From the NCBI GenBank assembly GCA_046726415.1, contig JBKPAK010000146.1:1-55260 (forward strand): a DNA stretch of 55,260 bases, written 5' to 3'. Position 1 is the stretch's first letter, and each line of letters opens with the position of its first letter. Shown here piece after piece: positions 20,732-28,817 of the stretch. The stretch comes from Candidatus Methylomirabilota bacterium. Lineage in GTDB: Bacteria; Methylomirabilota; Methylomirabilia; Rokubacteriales; CSP1-6. Below the pieces are notes generated by a model. That model was not told the origin of the DNA. It ran no database searches and saw only the letters and a list, made by a program, of their open reading frames with translations. A program made the translations under genes and the position numbers.

Positions 20732-21226
20732 ATGCCGGAGAAGCAGACGATCGAGCGCGCTGAAAGAGACGAGCGCGAGGGGAAATCCCCGACGACCCAA
20801 GCGGGTGAGTTCGTTCGCGAGGAGATACACCACGTTCGCGAGGGAAAGCACGGCGCGCGATCGGCAAAGCAGGCGATCGCGATCGGGCTGTCCAAGGCGC
20901 GACGGGCGGGCGTGAAGCTTCCACCGCCCAAGAAGGGAACGGCGTCGAAGCAGACCCGCCAGCGCGCCTCGTCGGATTTAGCGAGAGGAAGAAAAGGCGC
21001 CAGGGCGAAGCCGTCGCCGAAGCGATCGCGCGCCGTCCGCGCCGCGCTCCAGCGGGAAGGCCGTTCCTCCGCGTCGTCGGGGGCATTGGCGAGGCAGGCC
21101 CGGTCGAGCGCTCATCGCCGCACCGGTGCGGAGCGGTCGGCCGCGGCCAGAAAGGCGGCCCGCACGAAGGGTCCGGCGCGTCGCTCCGCCGCCGCGAAGA
21201 AGGCGGCGAGAACCCGCGCCAGCTGA
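20732..21226 (+). CDS. DUF6496-type Lys/Arg/Ala-rich basic protein (putative DNA-binding)
   Basis: GKSPTTQAGEFVREE, KQAIAIGLSKARRAG, repeated SAAAKKAARTR tail; AGGAGG RBS. Confidence 0.85.
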   Translation: MPEKQTIERAERDEREGKSPTTQAGEFVREEIHHVREGKHGARSAKQAIAIGLSKARRAGVKLPPPKKGTASKQTRQRASSDLARGRKGARAKPSPKRSRAVRAALQREGRSSASSGALARQARSSAHRRTGAERSAAARKAARTKGPARRSAAAKKAARTRAS

Positions 21227-21305
21227 ACCGATGCTTTGAGCCCCCGCGCACGGTCCTGGGCGTGGCAACCCGGCTGCTTCGCCCAGACTTGGGCCGGTGA
21301 CCCCT

Positions 21306-21458
21306 TCAGCCCGCGCGCTTGAAGTACTGGACGGCGCGTTCGTGCCGCTCGGCTGCGGCCCGACTCCGGAACGTGCCGAGGTTCCTGCGCTTGCCGGTGC
21401 GCGGGTCTGCTTTGCGCGAGTAGAGCCGATATTGACCGGACTTCAACTTTCGGATCAT
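21306..21458 (-). CDS. Small basic hypothetical protein (50 aa)
   Basis: MIRKLKSGQYRLYSRKADPRTGKRRNLGTFRSRAAAERHERAVQYFKR; recalled as a conserved small-protein type. Confidence 0.8.
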   Translation of the reverse strand: MIRKLKSGQYRLYSRKADPRTGKRRNLGTFRSRAAAERHERAVQYFKRAG

Positions 21459-21507
21459 TCGTCGCCCCCAAGTGCGGCGCAATCGCCAAGCTCCACAGAT
21501 CTCGTTG

Positions 21508-21523
21508 AGCCAGATGCGTGCCA
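21508..21523 (-). promoter_or_regulatory. Candidate sigma54 promoter
   Basis: TGGCACGCATCTGGCT on the minus strand, 50 bp before ATG 21458. Confidence 0.5.
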
Positions 21524-21645
21524 GCCAGCGACCTTTGCGTCGTCGGCAGCACGCCCGTGGGCGGCACCGGCGATGCACCCCTGCGGCGGCAGCAGCAGCA
21601 CGGCGCCAATTGTCAGCAGAATCGAGGGCCAACTGGAGGAGAGGC

Positions 21646-21888
21646 ATGGCGAGATCATTCATTCTCGACGACGAGGTCCATTTCTGCGGCGATCCTGACT
21701 GTTCCGCGTGCGCCAGTGAATATCCCCAACCTTGCCGGTGTGGTGGGCTGATGCACGGCGGGAGCGCTCTCGAGCCCGCAGGTGAGCCAGAAACCGTGGG
21801 AGGGATCGAAGGGGACAGCGAGGCCGTTTCCACCCGCTGTGACGCGTGCGGACGCTCAGAGGACGATCTATCTGAGGAGGTGGCGTGA
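21646..21888 (+). CDS. Small acidic Cys-rich protein (putative metal-binding)
   Basis: GGAGGAGAGG RBS; HFCGDPDCSAC...CRCGGLMH...RCDACG; candidate sigma54 site CGGCACCGGCGATGCA at 21562-21577. Confidence 0.7.
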   Translation: MARSFILDDEVHFCGDPDCSACASEYPQPCRCGGLMHGGSALEPAGEPETVGGIEGDSEAVSTRCDACGRSEDDLSEEVA

Positions 21889-22011
21889 GCCCCAATGAGG
21901 AGAGGTGGCGTGAGTCCGGCGATCCGTTGGGCGCTCTCTCACTAGACGTAGTAAGCGGCCGCGGCGCCGGGTGGCAGGCATGATGCCTGCACAGCAGTAG
22001 GAGCGTCGGTC

Positions 22012-22383
22012 ATGGGCAAGGTGCTGGTCATCGACGATGACGCCAACCTCTGCGAACTCTGGGCATTCCTCCTCGAGGACCAGGGCCACGCGGTCATTAC
22101 GGCCGCGGATGGCCTCACGGCGCTGCGGGTGTATGACCGCCAGCGGCCAGACGTGGTGATCACTGATATGGAGCTGCCGGGACTCGACGGCCTCGGCATC
22201 ATTGCCCGACTTCGGGCCGCTCGCCCAGACGCCAAGATCATCGCGATGTCGGGCAGCGCGCGGAGTCTGCAAGCCGCCCGGAGCCTCGGCGTCACGATCG
22301 CTCTGCGCAAACCCGTCGGCGCGACGGAGATGGTTGCCGCCATCCGCTGGACGCTTCGGGACAGGCAACGGAACACGGCCTGA
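22012..22383 (+). CDS. Single-domain response regulator
   Basis: VLVIDDD, DVVITDMELPGLDG, IIAMSG, RKP; candidate sigma54 site at 21976-21991. Confidence 0.88.
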   Translation: MGKVLVIDDDANLCELWAFLLEDQGHAVITAADGLTALRVYDRQRPDVVITDMELPGLDGLGIIARLRAARPDAKIIAMSGSARSLQAARSLGVTIALRKPVGATEMVAAIRWTLRDRQRNTA

Positions 22384-22397
22384 AACGAAGGGCGACC

Positions 22398-22667
22398 ATG
22401 ACTTCGAGCGGCGGACCGGCAGGTGGGCCTGGCCGCCCCCTGCGCATCCGCACGAAGATCGCGGCCGACCTGCTTCCCTCGGAACCGCCCGAGAGCACGC
22501 GGGCGGGATTCGGCCAAGGCGAGCCCTGCAATGCCTGCGACGCGATCATTCACCCCGTCCAGCTCGAGTACGAGCTTGAATACGCCGACCGACGAACTCT
22601 CCGCATGCACCAGGGGTGTCATCGCATATGGCAGGCCCAGCTCCGCCGGCGCACTCCGCCGCGGTGA
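22398..22667 (+). CDS. Small putative zinc-binding protein (paralog of 14818-15144)
   Basis: GFGQGEPCNACD...MHQGCHRIW. Confidence 0.72.
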   Translation: MTSSGGPAGGPGRPLRIRTKIAADLLPSEPPESTRAGFGQGEPCNACDAIIHPVQLEYELEYADRRTLRMHQGCHRIWQAQLRRRTPPR

Positions 22668-22671
22668 GGGG

Positions 22672-22890
22672 ATGAAAGCGGGGATTTCGGCGTCCGGACC
22701 AGACGGCGGTCGGCAGCCTCCACGCGGCAGTGCCGGGCTCACCTGGGCGATCGCGGCTATCCTCTTGGCCGTGATCTTCGCCGCCGCTGGATGCCCGCCT
22801 CCTCGCCAGAGGGACAAGGACCAGCAGACAGGCATGGGCCCGCGGAGCGACACCATCGTGTTCACCGCCGACGTTCAGCGTCTCGAGTAG
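22672..22890 (+). CDS. Possible small lipoprotein/membrane protein
   Basis: Hydrophobic stretch ending AAAGC (lipobox-like); starts right after the previous gene. Confidence 0.4.
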   Translation: MKAGISASGPDGGRQPPRGSAGLTWAIAAILLAVIFAAAGCPPPRQRDKDQQTGMGPRSDTIVFTADVQRLE

Positions 22891-23224
22891 GACGCCGGTT
22901 TCACGCCAAAGGCAGAGCTCGTTGCGGTGGGAGATCTTCCCCCTGCGGCAGCGCGGGACGGCCATGGCCGTGTGGGGCGCATTCTGCTTATCTTCGATGA
23001 AGTGATTTCATTCAGGGGTGTGACCCGACTGTCCTATTTCTTCCCAGTTGATTCAGATTTTAGGTCGCACTATGCCCAATTATGATCCGAAACGACGACC
23101 CGTACGCTGAGCAGTCTGGCCGAATCGAATTCTTACGTTAGTATTGCGGTCAAGAAGGACGCCCTTCTCGCCAAGCATGGGCCCCGCCCCGCGACGCTGC
23201 TTGGCCCGCGGACGGGAGGCGAGC

Positions 23225-23593
23225 GTGGCTACGATCCTGGTGATCGAGGACGACACCGAGATCCGCGAGCTCTTCGCAGAGATCCTTACCGATGCGGGCC
23301 ACGAGGTGCTCACCGCGGCGGATGGCGCCGTGGGCCTCGCGCTCTACGAGCGCTATCGCCCCACGCTGGTCATTACCGATCTCCTCGTCCCTGGGATTTC
23401 GGGATTGGAGATCATCGAGCGGCTTCGCCCCGACCCGCGGGTGAAGATCATCGCCATCTCGGGCAGCGGCGTGGCGAATCTCGAGGCGGCCCGACGATTG
23501 GGGGCCGCGCGAACGTTCCACAAGCCGTTCGCCATCGACGATCTCACAGAGGTCGTGAGGCAGCTGCTCGCCGGCGAACCGCCGCCGGCCTAG
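23225..23593 (+). CDS. Single-domain response regulator
   Basis: ILVIEDD, LVITDL, IIAISG, HKPF. Confidence 0.88.
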   Translation: MATILVIEDDTEIRELFAEILTDAGHEVLTAADGAVGLALYERYRPTLVITDLLVPGISGLEIIERLRPDPRVKIIAISGSGVANLEAARRLGAARTFHKPFAIDDLTEVVRQLLAGEPPPA

Positions 23594-23667
23594 CCGCGCG
23601 ACCCTCGGCGCAACGCGTCCCGGGCGGCCACGCGTCATCCGCAGAACCACACGCAGGAGACGTCATC

Positions 23668-23961
23668 ATGGGGATTCCGCGGAAACCCTTCATCCTGCTG
23701 CTCGCGCTGCTCCTGACCCTCGTCGCCGGCCGCTGCGCGGACGGCCAGGCCCTTCCCGGCCCTTGCACGAAGGACGCGCTGCCGGGCGGCGCCCAGTCGC
23801 TCATCTGCGTGCCCAACTCCGGATGGAACGGCCAGCTCGTCGTCTTTGCTCACGGGTACGTCGCGTTCAACAAGCCCATCGACTTCTATCACCTCGAACT
23901 GGCGGACGGGACGAGCCTTCCGACACTCGTGCAGAAGCTCGAATTCGCCCTCGCAACGACC
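23668..23961 (+). pseudogene. 5' fragment of a secreted alpha/beta-hydrolase-like protein
   Basis: Signal peptide plus WNGQLVVFAHGY...FALATT; similarity ends where it meets the opposite-strand VOC fragment. Confidence 0.65.
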
Positions 23962-24080
23962 ATGCAGGCGGCCGTTTCGTCGGTGAACTGGGGATTGAAC
24001 GCGAAGCCGAGCTTGGTGAAGAAGGCCGTCGATCGCTGGAGGTCTTTGACCGGCAGGTTGACGAAGATCTTGGTGGCCAT
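23955..24080 (-). pseudogene. 5' fragment of a VOC/glyoxalase family gene
   Basis: [42 protein letters not shown], then truncated. Confidence 0.78.
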
Positions 24081-24119
24081 CATGGCTCCTTGTCGAAGAT
24101 CGATGGGCGAGTGGTGGGT

Positions 24120-24491
24120 CTACATTTGCCAGGGAACCAGGGAGCGCAGCCGCTCATCGCGCAAGTCCAGGCCGCCCCAGAGCAGGGCGCCGAGGATGAT
24201 CGGGAAGACGACCGGAAACGCCCCGCTGGCGACCCGGACGTGCGTGGCGACGGCGCCCCCCAGATAGCCCGTCAGCAGGATGGCGCCGAGAACGGCGGTG
24301 CGTGGAATCACATAGAGGATCGTGCTGGCCAGCAGCGCGATCCCGAGGCCGCGAATGACGCCTTCGGGATAGCCGAGCGCCACGGTTGCCTCCACGACTG
24401 GCGAAGGCTTCACCAGTTTCATCACGGCGTCGAAGAGGAGGAAGAGCGAGGATAGGGCGCTCAGCACGCGTCCGGCCCAGAGGGTCGTCAC
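24120..24491 (-). CDS. DoxX family membrane protein
   Basis: LFLLFDAVMKL...IPRTAVLGAILLTGYLGGAVATHVR. Confidence 0.88.
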   Translation of the reverse strand: MTTLWAGRVLSALSSLFLLFDAVMKLVKPSPVVEATVALGYPEGVIRGLGIALLASTILYVIPRTAVLGAILLTGYLGGAVATHVRVASGAFPVVFPIILGALLWGGLDLRDERLRSLVPWQM

Positions 24492-24660
24492 TCCTTCCCG
24501 ATGCGGGGCTGCACCTCGAGCACCAGAAGTTCGCCCAACTGCTCCTTTGTTTCGGCGAATGGACCATCGGTCACCACGACCTTGCCGCCCTTCCACCGGA
24601 CGTCGTCGTCGGCGAGGCACTCCCGCATCATGGCGTCCCGTCCGAGGTATAAGAATTTCA
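24488..24660 (-). pseudogene. Degenerate YciI-family gene
   Basis: GKVVVTDGPFAETKEQLG signature in a shortened ORF. Confidence 0.72.
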
Positions 24661-24826
24661 AAGGTCGTCCTCCATTCATGTGGTGGTCATGTGCCTGCCT
24701 TCAGCAGTGAGTCGAACGCCAACGGTCCGAATCGACATGCGGCGCGACTTTTTTGCGGGGGCAGCGGGATCGCGGGCGCGCCGGCCAGATCACCAACTTG
24801 CTGGTGCCAACGTCGACCTCACGGGA

Positions 24827-25429
24827 TTAAGCAGCCTGAAGGTACTCGGAGAGGCGCTTGCGCACGAAAAGCCGCGAGCGGTGCACCCGTGACTTCACCG
24901 CCGGGAGGCTGATGCCGAGCGTCTCAGCGATCTCGGGGTTCGACGCTCCTTCGAAGTCGTGGAGGATCAGCGCGGTCCGGTAGTCAGGGGGAAGCCCGTC
25001 GATCGCCTCGGTCAGGACCTGGCGCAGCTCGGTCTGGAGCGCCACCTCGTCCACCCGGTTCGACCAGTCGTCCATGGGCTCGAAGTGCCCGCCGTCACTG
25101 TCGAGCGGAGGAAGCAGGTCGTCCAGCGCGATCTCGCTGGTGTCCTGCCGACGCATGCGCAGCTGCTCGTACGCCGCGTTGGCGGTGATCCGATAGATCC
25201 AGGACGCGAACGCCGGCTCGCCGGTAAACGTGTGGATGCCGCGAGCGGCCGTCCACAGCGCATCCAGGGCGGTCGCTTCGGCATCGTCCTTCACGCCCAT
25301 GATGCTCATGGCCAACCGGTAGACGCGGTCGCCATAGCGTTCGACGAGCTGGTCGAGAGCGTCGGGATCGTCCCGGCGCAGCGCCTCCACCAGGGCCGCG
25401 TCGGCGTCTGTCCGCGTACCCGGCGCCAT
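24827..25429 (-). CDS. ECF RNA polymerase sigma-70 factor
   Basis: Region 2 FASWIYRITAN; region 4 LPPDYRTALIL...EIAETLGISLPAVKSRVHRSR. Confidence 0.9.
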   Translation of the reverse strand: MAPGTRTDADAALVEALRRDDPDALDQLVERYGDRVYRLAMSIMGVKDDAEATALDALWTAARGIHTFTGEPAFASWIYRITANAAYEQLRMRRQDTSEIALDDLLPPLDSDGGHFEPMDDWSNRVDEVALQTELRQVLTEAIDGLPPDYRTALILHDFEGASNPEIAETLGISLPAVKSRVHRSRLFVRKRLSEYLQAA

Positions 25430-25713
25430 GCTCAGTACCGACGCTGGCCGAATGTGAGATACCGGTCGAGCCCACCCACGCACGGCTTCATGACCCTCAT
25501 GTCGGTCGTCCTTTACCTCCTGTACTGCTTCGCGATGCCTCTGTCCGTGGTCGCCGTTGATGACCAAATTTACTCCTCAGCGATGTGAGCCCGGGCCTCC
25601 GTCTCTCCCTAAGACACCGCAGGTGGCGCCATGTGAAGCGAGAGCCCGAGGGCCAGCGGCGGTGCGGGCCGCCCGAGGTGCGGCCGAAGCATTCGTCCGC
25701 CTCCTTCTTGCCC

Positions 25714-25932
25714 TCATCGCGGCTGACGTACCTGCTCGCCGAAGTAATCGATGTAGCGATCGATGGCGCGCGGCCGGGCCCGGAGCGCGGAGGCGAGGTA
25801 GAGCATCGTCGCGAGGGTCGACGACCGAGCGCGGTCCGGTTTCGCCATCCGCCGCGTGCCTGCGCGCCGAAGCTCGCCAACGCGATCCCGGGCACTCTCC
25901 TCGATCTGAAGATATTCGCTCAAGTTCATCAT
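25714..25932 (-). CDS. Small hypothetical protein
   Basis: MMNLSEYLQIEESARDRVGELRR...; plausible composition only. Confidence 0.35.
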   Translation of the reverse strand: MMNLSEYLQIEESARDRVGELRRAGTRRMAKPDRARSSTLATMLYLASALRARPRAIDRYIDYFGEQVRQPR

Positions 25933-26421
25933 CGGGCCACCGCCCACCTGCGTCCGAATCGGTGCAAAGAGACGACCAACTTCGCCGGCGCCGACCGAAT
26001 GGTCGAAAACTCCCGGCCGACGCGACGAGGTCGTTTCGTTCTGGAACGGGACACCCCACGATGGAGTGGCAGCGTGTCGATCCCGACGTGGTCGCCACGA
26101 CACCTGGGAGTTCGTATCGCCCGGGGGCCGTCATCGGGCTCGGGCGTTGCGCCCGACATCATGTGTGGCGTTCGGGCGTCAAGCCCTGGCCCGCGGGGGT
26201 CAAGCCCACCAGGACGACCTCTCGCGTGATCGGCCTGAGCTGCGTCGTTCCGCGACAGCATGCGGGTAGTCCACACGTCAGGGGACGATCTTGATGACAT
26301 CGAAATGCAACAAGGCGCTGATAGACGGCGAGACACAACTGCAGAATGACCGCGCGCCGCGCCGGCTTCAACTACTGCGGAGGTAATGGCGATGACGCGC
26401 CCCTGGGAATCGCCGCCTGTA

Positions 26422-26443
26422 GCACACGACCTCCTGAGTGTGC
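26422..26443. promoter_or_regulatory. Inverted repeat, candidate antitoxin operator
   Basis: GCACAC-N10-GTGTGC, 13 bp before the antitoxin start. Confidence 0.45.
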
Positions 26444-26456
26444 CACAGTGGCGAGG

Positions 26457-26696
26457 ATGAAGAAGTATGTTCACGCGCGCCTCGGCGAGAAGGACCGCCG
26501 CGTGCTCGATCGGCTGAAGCGATCGACCGGCCGCACCGAGTCCGAACTCCTCCGGCGCGGCCTGCACCTCGTCGCGGCGGCGGAGGACCGGCGGCACAGC
26601 GCCCTCGATCTGGCCGGGCGCAGCGCAGGGCGGTTCAAGAACGGTCCGCTGGACCTGTCTACGAGCTGGGAACACCTCGAGGGTTTCGGTCGGTGA
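26457..26696 (+). CDS. Ribbon-helix-helix/CopG-like antitoxin
   Basis: 79 aa with an RHH-like N-terminus; GTGA overlap with the PIN gene. Confidence 0.8.
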   Translation: MKKYVHARLGEKDRRVLDRLKRSTGRTESELLRRGLHLVAAAEDRRHSALDLAGRSAGRFKNGPLDLSTSWEHLEGFGR

Positions 26697-27106
26697 ACCC
26701 GGCGGGAATCCTGCTCGATACCGGCCCCCTGATCGTCCTCCTCTCCAGGAACGATGCCCAGCATGCCGGGGCGCGCCGATTGTTCGGCGAGTGCGCGCCT
26801 CCGTTTCGCTGTTGCGAGGCGGTCCTGGCCGAGGCCTGCTTCCTTCTGGGGAAGCTCCACCCTGCGGCGCCCGCCGAAGTCATCGCGCTCGGCCGGCGCG
26901 GCGTGTACCAGCTGGCGATGTCGACCGATGAAAACTGGACGAGCATCGAGGCGCTGTTGCGAAAGTATTCGGATCGGCCGATCTCGCTGGCCGACGCATG
27001 CCTCATCCGATGCGCGGAGATCCACCAGGAGGCGCGCATCCTCACGTTCGACGGCGACTTCCGAGTCTACGCCTGGGCGCGAAACAGGAGGTTCGAGATC
27101 CTCTGA
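26693..27106 (+). CDS. vapC: PIN-domain toxin (VapC-like)
   Basis: ILLDTGPL, VLAEA, SLADACL, ILTFDGDF. Confidence 0.88.
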   Translation: MNPAGILLDTGPLIVLLSRNDAQHAGARRLFGECAPPFRCCEAVLAEACFLLGKLHPAAPAEVIALGRRGVYQLAMSTDENWTSIEALLRKYSDRPISLADACLIRCAEIHQEARILTFDGDFRVYAWARNRRFEIL

Positions 27107-27167
27107 GGTCGGCCGTGGACGTCAGCGGATCTTCGAGCCAGACGGGGGCACGTCTCGCGGAGCCGAG

Positions 27168-28805
27168 TCATCGGGATGGCGCATAGCGCGCCGCGAGGGT
27201 TTCGCGGAGGAGCTGCTCCGACACCGGCTTGACCAAGTGCGCATCAAAGCCCGCATCTTCGGACCGTTGCCGATGCTCGGCTTGGCCATATCCGGTAAGC
27301 GCAATGAGTCGAACCGACTCGCCCAGGATGGCCCGGATCCGTCGGCCGACCTCATAGCCATCGACATCCGGGAGGCCAATGTCCACGAGGGCGACGTCTG
27401 GTCGAACGGAGTGCGCCAGATCGATACCGGATGCGCCCCGATCCGCGACCCGCACCCGATGCCCATCACGAGCCAACAGTGCCCGGATGAGCTCCCGCGT
27501 GTCCGCATTGTCCTCGATGACGAGAATGCGCAACGGAGGAAGGCGCCTGACCTCGCCCGCCGGGACCCCGCTGGTCGCGGCGGGAGCGCCGACGATCGGC
27601 AGCCGAACCACAAACTCGCTGCCCCATCCGCGGCCCTCACTGGTGGCCGAAACCGTGCCCCCATGAAGCTCCACGAGCTTGCGGACGATCGTGAGGCCGA
27701 TGCCCAGACCGCCAGAGACATGGGCCAGCGATCGGTCGCCCTGCATGAAGAGATCGAAGACGCGCGAAACGAGCTCCGGCGCCATCCCGATCCCGTCATC
27801 GCGGACTCGCAGCACAGCCTGCCGCCCCTCGAGCGAGGCGGCCACGGCGATGTGCCCGTGGGGAGGCGTATATTTCGCGGCATTGTTCAGGAGATTCGTG
27901 ACGACTTGCGCGAGCCGGATCGGATCGGCGTCGAGCCACAACCGTTCCTCCGACAAAGACACGGCAAGAGTGTGCCCGTGCTGCTCGATGAGCGGACGGC
28001 TGGCTTCGAGCGCCGCTTCAATCACCGTGGCGAGATCGACGGACTCCTTCCGAAGCTCGATGCTGCCCCGCGTGATTCGGGCGACATCCAGCAAGTCGTC
28101 CAGCAGCCGCGCCAGATGCCCGACTTGACGGTCCATGATCTCCCGGGCCTTTTGGATGTCCGACGGGCTCGCCGGACCGTGGCCGATGATCTGGGTGGCG
28201 ATCCGGATCGGGGCAAGCGGATTCCGCAGTTCGTGCGCGAGCATTGCCAGGAACTGGTCCTTCGCCTGGTTCGCCTCGGCGAGCCGGGCCGCCGCCTGCG
28301 CCGAGTCCTGCGCGCGGATCTTCTCGCTCACGAGCGTGTCGGTGAACGCCGCGAGCAGATCCGCGTACACGCGGAGGCGAGTCCGAAGCAGAGGAGCTTG
28401 GCGGCGGATCGTCGGCCACACGGCATGCATCGGCAGGTCGTGACGCCGGGTAAAGCGCAGGATCGCCGACTCCTCCGGGAAGGCCGTCAGGCGATACCCG
28501 CCGACCACGGCGCCGATGACCTCGTCGCCCCGCCGGAGCGCGCTGCCGATGACGGCCACGCCGTGGTCCTCGACGATGACCGCCGAGCTGGGTTGCGCGA
28601 GACAGTCGCGGGCGCATTCGCTGAACAGCGGGGGGTCGCGGCGACCTTGGCTGGTGGCCTCGAAGAAGCGGGTCGAGTGCACGGGCCCGAGAATTCGATG
28701 GTCTGGCGATTCATAGACACTGATCGCCATGTCCGTGGCGGCCCCGAATTTCTCCAGGGCGCCGACCCACCCCTCCGGCTCGATGAGGCCGTGCAGCGCG
28801 CCCAT
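27168..28805 (-). CDS. Hybrid sensor histidine kinase/response regulator with a soluble N-terminal input domain
   Basis: AHELRNPL, NLLNNAAKY, DDGIG, GGLGIGL, C-terminal receiver (IEDN, DIGLP, KPV). Confidence 0.92.
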   Translation of the reverse strand: MGALHGLIEPEGWVGALEKFGAATDMAISVYESPDHRILGPVHSTRFFEATSQGRRDPPLFSECARDCLAQPSSAVIVEDHGVAVIGSALRRGDEVIGAVVGGYRLTAFPEESAILRFTRRHDLPMHAVWPTIRRQAPLLRTRLRVYADLLAAFTDTLVSEKIRAQDSAQAAARLAEANQAKDQFLAMLAHELRNPLAPIRIATQIIGHGPASPSDIQKAREIMDRQVGHLARLLDDLLDVARITRGSIELRKESVDLATVIEAALEASRPLIEQHGHTLAVSLSEERLWLDADPIRLAQVVTNLLNNAAKYTPPHGHIAVAASLEGRQAVLRVRDDGIGMAPELVSRVFDLFMQGDRSLAHVSGGLGIGLTIVRKLVELHGGTVSATSEGRGWGSEFVVRLPIVGAPAATSGVPAGEVRRLPPLRILVIEDNADTRELIRALLARDGHRVRVADRGASGIDLAHSVRPDVALVDIGLPDVDGYEVGRRIRAILGESVRLIALTGYGQAEHRQRSEDAGFDAHLVKPVSEQLLRETLAARYAPSR

Positions 28806-28817
28806 ACGTTCCGAGAC

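Noticed and set aside
21873-21914. Imperfect direct repeat TGAGGAG(AG)GTGGCGTGAG
   Set aside because: Short local duplication at a gene end with no sign of function.
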